Source: Candidatus Methylomirabilia bacterium (GTDB taxonomy: Bacteria > Methylomirabilota > Methylomirabilia > Rokubacteriales > CSP1-6). From it: a DNA stretch of 23,788 nucleotides. Location of the stretch: contig JBGQEL010000062.1 of the NCBI GenBank assembly GCA_041496385.1, positions 1 through 23,788 on the forward strand, in the 5' to 3' direction. A model generated the notes under the pieces. That model ran no database searches and had not been told where the DNA came from. It saw only the letters and a list, made by a program, of their open reading frames with translations. The position numbers and the translations under genes are program-made. Positions within the stretch are counted from its first letter, which is position 1, and each line of letters opens with the position of its first letter. Positions 8,141 through 15,191 of this stretch are shown piece by piece.

Positions 8141-9696
8141 GATATTTTCCTCACGCTGTCGCCGAACCGTAGCGTCCAGGCCTCCTTCTCCTTGGCCAGC
8201 GGATCGACCGTGTGCGTCCGGTTCCACTCCTTCTCGTACTCGTCGATCCGCTTCAGGTCGCGGAGAACCATGAGCTCGCGGAGCCCGTAGAGCTCCACGG
8301 CGTTGAACTTCTTGGAGATGACCGCGGTCACGCGCGTGGCGTCGCCCAGGTCGAGCAGGAACGCCTCCAGGTCGCCGCCGTACTGCTCGAGGATCCGGCC
8401 CTTGTACTGCTGGTACCACTCGGTGCCGGGATAGGGCGTCGCGAAGAACGGCTTCACCTGGAGGCCCAGCTGGTTCCAGGCGAGCACGTTGTCGCGGAGA
8501 CTGTCGAAGTCCTCGTCGGGGAAGCCCATCATCTGGTTCGGGATCGGGCGGATCCCCGCATCGAGCGTCCACCGGAGCGACCGCGCGTTGGTCTCCGGCG
8601 TGGCCCCCTTGCCGATCGTCTTCATGACGCGCGGCGAGAAGCTCTCGTAGCCGTAGACCAGGTGCGAACAGCCCGCCCGCTTGATCGCGCGCAGCACCTC
8701 CGGGTTGCAGAGGGTCGCGTGACTCGTCCCGCCCCAGTGCACGCCCTGGCACCGATCGGGGTCGTGCGCCACGCCGTCGCGCACGCACTGGGGCTGGAGC
8801 CCTTCCTCGACCCAGAGCCGGGCGATGTCGGTGAGCCACGTCTTGCCCGACGACTGGTGCATGGTCATGAGGTTCTCGTCGAGGAATCCGACGAAGTCGA
8901 TGCCGAAGCGCGAGCGCGCGTACTTCACGAGGTCGACGACATAGCGCGGGCTGTGGTAGCGGATGAGCCGCTTGTGCGTGAACGTGACGTCGCGCTCGCC
9001 GTTCGTCTCGGTCTGCTTCAGGTCGCCGGCGATCCCCAGGTGGAAGCAGAAGCGGCAGATCAGCGAGCAGCCGTAGCTCGCGTTGATGTCGAGCCGCCGG
9101 CGGGCCATCATCCCCTCTTCGGAGTAGAGGGCCATGCTGTTCTTGAAGTAGACCTCGAGCGGGAACAGCTCCCACTTCGGGTACGGCAGCGCGTCGATGT
9201 CGTCGAGCAGGGGCTGCTCCTGGTTGAGGCGCGAGCGTCCCTGGGCGTCGCGCCAGACGAGCCCGGGCACGGCCGCCCAGTCGCGATCGCCCGCGTCCAG
9301 CCGCCGGAGCAGCGCCGGGAACGACACGAACGCCTCGCCGACGACGCCGACGTCCACCTGGGGCAGGAAGCGCATGATGTCGTGCGGCATGCTCGTGATG
9401 AACCCGCCGCCGGCCACGACGAGGGCCTGGGGCACCAGCTCCTTCGCGACTCGGACGATGTGCTTGATCGAGCGGTACGCCGTGGTGATCCCGCCGAGGG
9501 CGATCACGTCCCAGCGGTCCGCCTTGAGCACCTGCCCGAGGACGGCATCCGACGTGCGCCAGGCGTTGGCGTCGAAGACCTGCACGAGGTGGCCCTCGCG
9601 GATCGCGATCGACGCCAGCAGCGCCATGCCGTAGGGGACGTGGCGGGGGTCGTCCTTCTCGCGGATCAGCGGATTGATGAAGAGCACCTTAGCCAT
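8137..9696 (-). CDS. Cobalamin (B12)-binding domain radical SAM enzyme
   Basis: N-terminal B12-binding-type domain (KVLFINP..VPYGMALLAS..VFDAN..DVIALGG..VVAGGG), GEAF, LPYPKW, CxxxCxxC as GCSLICRFC (9046-9069), FLDENL, YGYESFS, MMGFPDE, TPYPGT. Confidence 0.9.
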   Translation of the reverse strand: MAKVLFINPLIREKDDPRHVPYGMALLASIAIREGHLVQVFDANAWRTSDAVLGQVLKADRWDVIALGGITTAYRSIKHIVRVAKELVPQALVVAGGGFITSMPHDIMRFLPQVDVGVVGEAFVSFPALLRRLDAGDRDWAAVPGLVWRDAQGRSRLNQEQPLLDDIDALPYPKWELFPLEVYFKNSMALYSEEGMMARRRLDINASYGCSLICRFCFHLGIAGDLKQTETNGERDVTFTHKRLIRYHSPRYVVDLVKYARSRFGIDFVGFLDENLMTMHQSSGKTWLTDIARLWVEEGLQPQCVRDGVAHDPDRCQGVHWGGTSHATLCNPEVLRAIKRAGCSHLVYGYESFSPRVMKTIGKGATPETNARSLRWTLDAGIRPIPNQMMGFPDEDFDSLRDNVLAWNQLGLQVKPFFATPYPGTEWYQQYKGRILEQYGGDLEAFLLDLGDATRVTAVISKKFNAVELYGLRELMVLRDLKRIDEYEKEWNRTHTVDPLAKEKEAWTLRFGDSVRKIS

Positions 9697-10681
9697 TGAC
9701 GAACTCCTCGAGCGTCACCGCCTTGACCTCGGGCCCGAAGAGAATGCCTCCCTCGGTGCAGTTGAACGTCTCGCAATCGGCCTCGCGCGCCATCTCGAAG
9801 AAGACGTCGCGGAACCAGTAGTACGCGGGATCGGTGAGCCACGTCTCGCCGGTGATCGGATTGTCGACGCGGATGAACGCCTCGTCGAGCCGGTCGGGGA
9901 ACAGCTCGAGAAGCTCCGGGTAGTACTGCGTCTTCTCGTACGGCGTGCCCGGCTCGTAGGCGAAGTCCATGCCCACCAGCGCGACGCGCCGTTTGCGGAG
10001 AACCGCGTGGGCCAGCACCCAGGCGGCCGTGCCGACGTTGCCCCCGCCGTTGAGGCACGGCAGGCCGTTCGCGCGATGCAGGCGCCGCGAGATGCTGTCG
10101 GGCTTGTCGTAGTCGTCGTACATCGGGTTCCACCAGTAGAGCTCCATGCCGACTTCCCGGCAGCGCTCGACGACGGCGGGCGACGCGGCCGTGGCGGCCG
10201 CCAGGCGGAGACCCGGCGCGCGGCGGTTGACCAGCTCGACGAGCTCGCGGTTCCCGCCGACCTCGTCCCGCGCGTGGACCGGATCCATCTCCTGTCGACG
10301 GAAGTAGTCGTCCGCGGGCGACGCCTCGAGCTTCGGGTCGCCGAACCAGCGCACGATGCGATCGCGGTGCGGATCCAGCGTGACCACGAGGTGCGGCGCG
10401 AGGCCCTCGCGCAGACAGGCGCCCAGCGCCGAGTCCACCGCGATGATCGTCCCCCCGAATCGCGAGCGCGCGAGCCTCTTGACGCTGTCGCGCCGGCGCA
10501 GACTCGGCCCGGTCGCGACGACCACCGCCCGGTCGCCCTCGCCCAGCGGGAGCGCCGCGAGCTCGAGCACCGAACGGCGGATGTGCGGCCGGTTCTCCTC
10601 CGCGTTGGCGAGCCCGGCCTCCGTGATCCGCTCGGCCGTCGCCGCGGCGAGGCGGCTAGCGATCCGGCGTCCCAGGTCCAT
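9689..10681 (-). CDS. Maf / MptE-like (DUF115) family protein, putative glycosyltransferase
   Basis: Motifs AVVVATGPSL, IIAVDSAL, PHLVVTLDP, GGNVG, ALVGMDFAY and FNCTEGG match my recollection of the motility-associated-factor/MptE-like core domain. 8-nt overlap with the radical SAM start. Confidence 0.75.
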   Translation of the reverse strand: MDLGRRIASRLAAATAERITEAGLANAEENRPHIRRSVLELAALPLGEGDRAVVVATGPSLRRRDSVKRLARSRFGGTIIAVDSALGACLREGLAPHLVVTLDPHRDRIVRWFGDPKLEASPADDYFRRQEMDPVHARDEVGGNRELVELVNRRAPGLRLAAATAASPAVVERCREVGMELYWWNPMYDDYDKPDSISRRLHRANGLPCLNGGGNVGTAAWVLAHAVLRKRRVALVGMDFAYEPGTPYEKTQYYPELLELFPDRLDEAFIRVDNPITGETWLTDPAYYWFRDVFFEMAREADCETFNCTEGGILFGPEVKAVTLEEFVNG

Positions 10682-10850
10682 CCGCGCCGTCGCCCTTCCA
10701 GAGGAAGCCCTTCTTGCTCACGAAGCAGATGCTGCCGCCGAGCCGCGACAGCGCCTTCTTCTCGAACTCGTCGGTCGAGTTTGGCGCGTCGGTGTCCCCG
10801 TCCTCGATGACGGTATCGAGCTTGTAGTTGCCTTTCAGGAACTCCTTCAT
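10656..10850 (-). CDS. 64-aa small protein of unknown function
   Basis: GGAGG Shine-Dalgarno (10857-10861) 6 nt before the ATG. 57 of 64 sense codons end in G/C. It fills the gap between the exporter and the Maf-like gene and overlaps the latter by 26 nt. Confidence 0.75.
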   Translation of the reverse strand: MKEFLKGNYKLDTVIEDGDTDAPNSTDEFEKKALSRLGGSICFVSKKGFLWKGDGADGPGTPDR

Positions 10851-10866
10851 GCCGCCCCTCCCCGGT

Positions 10867-12720
10867 TCATCGGTCTCTCAGCACGGTGGCCTCCGGCTCG
10901 GTGAACTGGAGCCGGTAGAGCTGCGCGTACGTCTCGCTGCGGCCGAGCAGATCCCCGTGGCGCCCGATCGCCTCCACGCGCCCGCGGTTCAGCACCACGA
11001 TCTTGTCGGCGTGCAGCACCGTCGACAGACGGTGGGCGATCACGAGTGACGTGGTCCCCGCGACGGCGCGGTCGATGGCCTGCTGGACGAGGCGCTCCGA
11101 CTCCGTGTCGAGCGAGCTCGTCGCCTCGTCGAGGATCAGGATCGCCGGGCGGCCGACGATCGCCCGCGCGATCGCGATGCGCTGGCGCTGGCCGCCCGAG
11201 AGCCTTATTCCACGGTCGCCCACGACCGTGTCGTAGCCCTGCGGGAACTCCGTGATGAAGTCGTGGGCGTTCGCGATCCGTGCGGCGCGCTCGAGCGCGT
11301 CGGCCCCGAGCCCCTCCCGCCCGTAGGCGATGTTGTCACGGACGGTCGCGTTGAAGAGGAGCGCCTCCTGCGACACCACGCCGAACAGCCGGCGATACGG
11401 CTCCTGCCGCAGCTCGCGCAGGTCGCGCCCGTCGATCGTGATCGCGCCCGAGCGCGGATCGTAGAGCCTGAGCACCAGATCGGCCAGCGTGGACTTGCCC
11501 GAGCCGCTCGGGCCCACGAGCGCGACCATCTCGCCCCGGCGGATCTCGAAGCCGATCCGCTGGAGCACCGGCTCGCCGCCGTAGTCGAAGGACACGTCGC
11601 GGAGCGCGATGGCCTCACGGAAGCCGTCGACCGTCACGGGCCCGTCCTTCACCTCGGGCTCCGTGGCGAAGATCCCCGCGATCCGTCCCGCCGCGGCGAG
11701 GATCGTCTGGATCTGCGTGTAGGCGTTCCCGAGGAGCCCGAGCTGGACCACCACGGCGCGCCCGACGTAGAGGAACAGGAAGAAGGTCGGCACCGCCAGC
11801 CGGCCGGCGAGCAGCTCCCACGCCGCGAAGAGCAGGATGCCCGCCTCGACGACCGCGTTGACGATGGCGCGCGCCGGCTCCTCGGCGTGCTTGTAGGCGC
11901 CGAACCGGACGTGCACCCGCAGGCTCTGGCGGAGCAGCTCGCCGAGGCGGCCGACCTCGAACGCCTGCGCCGCGAACGACTTCACGACCCGCACGCTCAG
12001 GATCGTCTCCTGGAACCGCGCGGCGAGATCGGCGAACACCGAGAACTGCGCGGCGGCGAGACGGCGCACGGGCCCGCGGATCGCCCGGGTCACCGCCCAG
12101 TGGAACGCGGCCGCGCCCGCGGCGGCGATCACGAGCCGCGGGCTCGTCTGCACCATGAGGTACCCGTAGAAGAGGATCAGGAGCGGCGCGGTGAGCACGG
12201 TGCCGACGATCGTCTCGAGCCCGCCCGTGGACGAGCGCGTGTCCGTCTCGAGCCGCGACACGAGCTCACCCGTGCGCTGGCGGGTGAAGAAGCCCATGGA
12301 CAGGCCGAGGAGGTGCTGGAACAGATCCCGCTGCATCGCGGCGCCCGCCCGGACGCGGATCCACAGCGCGAGCAGGTAGTTGCCGAAGTCCACCCAGCCC
12401 TTGAGGACGCCCGCCGCGACGTAGAGCGCGCAGAGGACGAGGATCGCGCGGAACGGATCGCCGACCGACCGCACGCCCACCCACTGGAAGAACGCGGCGC
12501 CGAGGTTGTTGAGGCTCAGCGCGCCGAGGGCGACGCCGCTCCCGACGGCGCCGGCGCGCCCGAGGGCGAGGTCGAGGATCGGCGCCATGAGGACGGGCAG
12601 GAGCGCCGCGAGCGCGGTCGCGAGGTAGCTCGTGAGGAGCAGCAGCGCCACCGCCGCCCGGTACGGCGCCAGGTAGCGGCCGAGGAGCCAGCCGAGCGTC
12701 CGGAGGCCGTCCGGCCTCAC
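10867..12720 (-). CDS. ABC exporter, fused TMD-NBD (MsbA/PglK-like glycolipid flippase)
   Basis: Start GTG 12720 (GTGA overlap). Six-helix-type TMD with FFTRQRTGELVSR, Walker A GPSGSGKS, signature LSGGQRQR, Walker B ILILDEATS, and IAHRLST. Confidence 0.9.
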   Translation of the reverse strand: MRPDGLRTLGWLLGRYLAPYRAAVALLLLTSYLATALAALLPVLMAPILDLALGRAGAVGSGVALGALSLNNLGAAFFQWVGVRSVGDPFRAILVLCALYVAAGVLKGWVDFGNYLLALWIRVRAGAAMQRDLFQHLLGLSMGFFTRQRTGELVSRLETDTRSSTGGLETIVGTVLTAPLLILFYGYLMVQTSPRLVIAAAGAAAFHWAVTRAIRGPVRRLAAAQFSVFADLAARFQETILSVRVVKSFAAQAFEVGRLGELLRQSLRVHVRFGAYKHAEEPARAIVNAVVEAGILLFAAWELLAGRLAVPTFFLFLYVGRAVVVQLGLLGNAYTQIQTILAAAGRIAGIFATEPEVKDGPVTVDGFREAIALRDVSFDYGGEPVLQRIGFEIRRGEMVALVGPSGSGKSTLADLVLRLYDPRSGAITIDGRDLRELRQEPYRRLFGVVSQEALLFNATVRDNIAYGREGLGADALERAARIANAHDFITEFPQGYDTVVGDRGIRLSGGQRQRIAIARAIVGRPAILILDEATSSLDTESERLVQQAIDRAVAGTTSLVIAHRLSTVLHADKIVVLNRGRVEAIGRHGDLLGRSETYAQLYRLQFTEPEATVLRDR

Positions 12721-13340
12721 GCGCCCGCTCCGTTCGCGGGCAGCGCGCGCCGCAGCGTGATGCACTTCGCGCGCGGCACGCCCAGCCGCGTGAGCTCCGC
12801 GATGTGCTGCTCGGGGCGGTCGAAGGTGCCCAGGATCACCGCGTCGAAGCCGCCGTCCGCCAGCTCCTCGCGCGCGCGCACCGGCAGGCCGAGGAACTCG
12901 CCGCCCGCCTCGCGGGCGAAGACGCCGATCGGCTCGAGCGAGAACTCGCGCAGCGTGAGGTACGCGAGCTCGGCGGCGTCGCCCGTGCCGTAGAGCGCGA
13001 TTTGCTTCATCCCGCGCTCGGGCAGGAGCGCCAGCGCCTCGCGGAGATTCTGCCGCGTGCGCCGGTAGAGGTTCAGGGAGTAGCTCATGTACTCGTACGT
13101 GAGACGCCCCTTCGCGGCGATCCCCCTCGGCGTGAGCAGGTAACGGAGCCGCTTCCGCGCCGACGGCTTCCGGGGGAACTCGACGATCTTGATCAGACCC
13201 TTGCCGGCGAGGCGCTTCATGTAGAGGTTCGTGAGGCCGAGCGCGACGCCGAGCCGGGCGGCGAGCGCCCGCTGGGTCAGGGGCTCACCCTCCGAAATGG
13301 CCGTGAGGATCTCGAGGTCGCGGGTCTGGTGGGGCTTCAT
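12717..13340 (-). CDS. MarR-type winged-helix regulator (EPS-associated type) with C-terminal Rossmann-like domain
   Basis: ATG 13340. LTQRALAARLGVALGLTNLYMKRLAGKGLIK...YLLTPRGIAAK wHTH, followed by KQIALYGTGDAAELAY; 207 aa. Confidence 0.82.
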   Translation of the reverse strand: MKPHQTRDLEILTAISEGEPLTQRALAARLGVALGLTNLYMKRLAGKGLIKIVEFPRKPSARKRLRYLLTPRGIAAKGRLTYEYMSYSLNLYRRTRQNLREALALLPERGMKQIALYGTGDAAELAYLTLREFSLEPIGVFAREAGGEFLGLPVRAREELADGGFDAVILGTFDRPEQHIAELTRLGVPRAKCITLRRALPANGAGA

Positions 13341-13346
13341 GGCAAC

Positions 13347-13361
13347 GTTCAATATTTGAAC
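13347..13361. promoter_or_regulatory. Palindromic operator GTTCAA-N3-TTGAAC upstream of the MarR-type regulator
   Basis: Perfect 6+3+6 inverted repeat, AT-rich in a very GC-rich background, 6 nt upstream of the regulator ATG. Confidence 0.65.
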
Positions 13362-13407
13362 AGACCAGCCCCTCGACTTCAAACGGAATATTCGAGCCCG
13401 CGGAGCG

Positions 13408-14520
13408 TCAGGCGCGGAGCGACGTCAGCGCGTCGGCGCAGTACCGGATCTGCTCGTCGGTGAGGCCGATCCCTGACGGGAGATAGAGGCCGCGCCGCGC
13501 CAGGTCGTCGGAGACGGGCCGGTGCCCCCGGAGGTCCGGGAAGCGCGGGTCGTCGCCCTTGAGCGCGGGCTGCTGGCTCATCGGATAGAAGAAGGACCGC
13601 GTGTCCACGCCCTTCGCCTTGAGCGCGGCCATGACCTGCTCCTTGCTCAGGCCGAGGGAGGCGTTGACCAGGATCGCGAACATCCAGTAGACGCTCCGGG
13701 CCCAGGGCCGCTCGACCGGCAGCGTGACGTGCTCGAATCCCGCGAGATGCTCCAGATAGCGCCGGGCGATGTGGCGCTTGCGCTCGACCGCATACTCGAT
13801 GCGCTCCGTCTGCGCGAGCCCGATCGCGGCCTGGACGTTGGTCAGGCGATAGTTCATGCCGCGCGTCGCGTGGATGAAGCGGGGGATCTGGAAGCCGTTG
13901 TCCCGGTAGGTGCGCGCGCGCGCGGCCCACCCGTCGTCGTTCGTGACGAGCATCCCCCCCTCGCCCGAGGTGATCACCTTGTTGCCGTAGAAGCTGAAGA
14001 CGGCGACGTCGCCGAGGCCGCCGGTCTGCCGGCCCTTGTACGTCGCCCCGTGCGACTGGCAGCAGTCCTCGATCACCCTGAGGCCGTGCTTGCGCGCGAT
14101 CTCGTTGATCGGGTCCATGTCGCAGGGATGCCCGTACATGTGGACGACCATGATCGCCTTCGTCCGCGGCGTGATCGCCTTCTCGAGCAGCGCCGGGTCC
14201 ATGCAGGCGGTCTCGGGATCCACGTCGACGAGCACCGGCGTCGCGCCCGCCATGATGACCACGTTCGCGGACACGATGATGGTGAAGTCCGGAATGATGA
14301 CCTCGTCACCGGGGCCCACGCCGAGGATCTCGAGGGCCATGTGGAGGCCGGTCGTGCCGTTGGCGCACGCGACGCCGTGCTTCACCCCGACGTACGTGGA
14401 GAACGCCTCCTCGAACATCGGGATGTACTTGCCGAGGGACGAGATCCACATCGTGTCGAGGCAGTCCATCACGTACTTCTTCTCGTTGCCGAGGAGCACG
14501 GGCTCGGAGACGGGGATCAT
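13408..14520 (-). CDS. DegT/DnrJ/EryC1/StrS PLP-dependent NDP-sugar aminotransferase (perosamine synthase/LegC-like)
   Basis: ATG 14520. MIPVSEP, WISSLG, NGTTGLH, VHMYGHP, IEDCCQSHG, FSFYGNKVITSGEGG (PLP lysine), GMNYRLTNVQAAIG, GLYLPS; 370 aa. Confidence 0.92.
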   Translation of the reverse strand: MIPVSEPVLLGNEKKYVMDCLDTMWISSLGKYIPMFEEAFSTYVGVKHGVACANGTTGLHMALEILGVGPGDEVIIPDFTIIVSANVVIMAGATPVLVDVDPETACMDPALLEKAITPRTKAIMVVHMYGHPCDMDPINEIARKHGLRVIEDCCQSHGATYKGRQTGGLGDVAVFSFYGNKVITSGEGGMLVTNDDGWAARARTYRDNGFQIPRFIHATRGMNYRLTNVQAAIGLAQTERIEYAVERKRHIARRYLEHLAGFEHVTLPVERPWARSVYWMFAILVNASLGLSKEQVMAALKAKGVDTRSFFYPMSQQPALKGDDPRFPDLRGHRPVSDDLARRGLYLPSGIGLTDEQIRYCADALTSLRA

Positions 14521-14527
14521 CGGCCCG

Positions 14528-14533
14528 ATTATA
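14528..14533 (-). promoter_or_regulatory. -10 box TATAAT 7 nt upstream of the aminotransferase ATG (putative leaderless promoter)
   Basis: The minus strand reads cgTATAATcgggccgATG with no Shine-Dalgarno. The TAA inside the box is the stop codon of the upstream methyltransferase. Confidence 0.6.
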
Positions 14534-15191
14534 CGCGGCCCGGCGACGCGGCCGGCGCTCGTTCCTTCGCCAGGAGCAGGCCGATGAAGCAGCCGAAGAA
14601 ATAGCGCCGCGCCTCCTCGACGATCACGCCACCGAGCCGGCAGGCGGCCTCGAGGTCCGCCCGGCCGAAGAGCGTCCCGACCCAGACCGCGGCGGGATGG
14701 GCGGGCGGGACGAGCCTGAACGGCAGAAACGGTCCGAACTTGTAGGGCACACCGACGAAGAGCCGGCCGCCCGGGCGCGTGACCCTGACCATCTCCCCGA
14801 ACGCGCCGCCGAACGCGTCGAGGTGCTCCATCGTGCTCGAGCTGAACACGAGATCGAACGAGCCGTCGGCGAATGGCAGACGATACAGATCGCCGCCGAC
14901 CGGCGCCACGCGCGCGTCCCGGCCGGCGGCGATGGCGAGCGGCTCCGTATCGAAATCCAGGATCACGGGGCGGAGCGCCGGCATGCGCGCGGCGAGCACG
15001 GACGAGCAGGAGCCGGGACCGGAGCCCGCCTCCAGCGCGCGCGGCGTCGCGCTCCACGATCCCGCCATCCGGCGGAGCAGGTAGGCGGCCAGCCGCCGGT
15101 TCAGGCCGCGCCGCGCGGCGTCGAACGCCTCGTACGAGATCGACCCGGGACCGGCTCCCCAGCTCCACAGCTTCGGCGCCCCGGCGCTCAC
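14529..15191 (-). CDS. Class I SAM-dependent methyltransferase (type 11-like)
   Basis: Start GTG 15191 (GTGA overlap). ALEAGSGPG motif I, ILDFD, GDLYRLPFADGSFDLVFS, EMVRVTRPGGRL; 220 aa. Confidence 0.85.
   Translation of the reverse strand: MSAGAPKLWSWGAGPGSISYEAFDAARRGLNRRLAAYLLRRMAGSWSATPRALEAGSGPGSCSSVLAARMPALRPVILDFDTEPLAIAAGRDARVAPVGGDLYRLPFADGSFDLVFSSSTMEHLDAFGGAFGEMVRVTRPGGRLFVGVPYKFGPFLPFRLVPPAHPAAVWVGTLFGRADLEAACRLGGVIVEEARRYFFGCFIGLLLAKERAPAASPGRV

Noticed and set aside
9689..10681. True MptE (folate/methanopterin pathway) call
   Set aside because: There are no pterin pathway genes nearby. The glycan context favours the Maf-like branch of the family.
10867..12720. Peptidase-containing bacteriocin exporter (PCAT) for the GG-containing small ORF
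   Set aside because: There is no N-terminal C39 domain and the TMD starts within the first ~30 residues. It looks like an MsbA/PglK-type flippase.
11263..12993. 576-aa plus-strand ORF and similar shadows (652-1848, 8212-9699, 13522-14604, 16477-17658)
   Set aside because: Antisense or alternate-frame artefacts overlapping motif-supported minus-strand genes.
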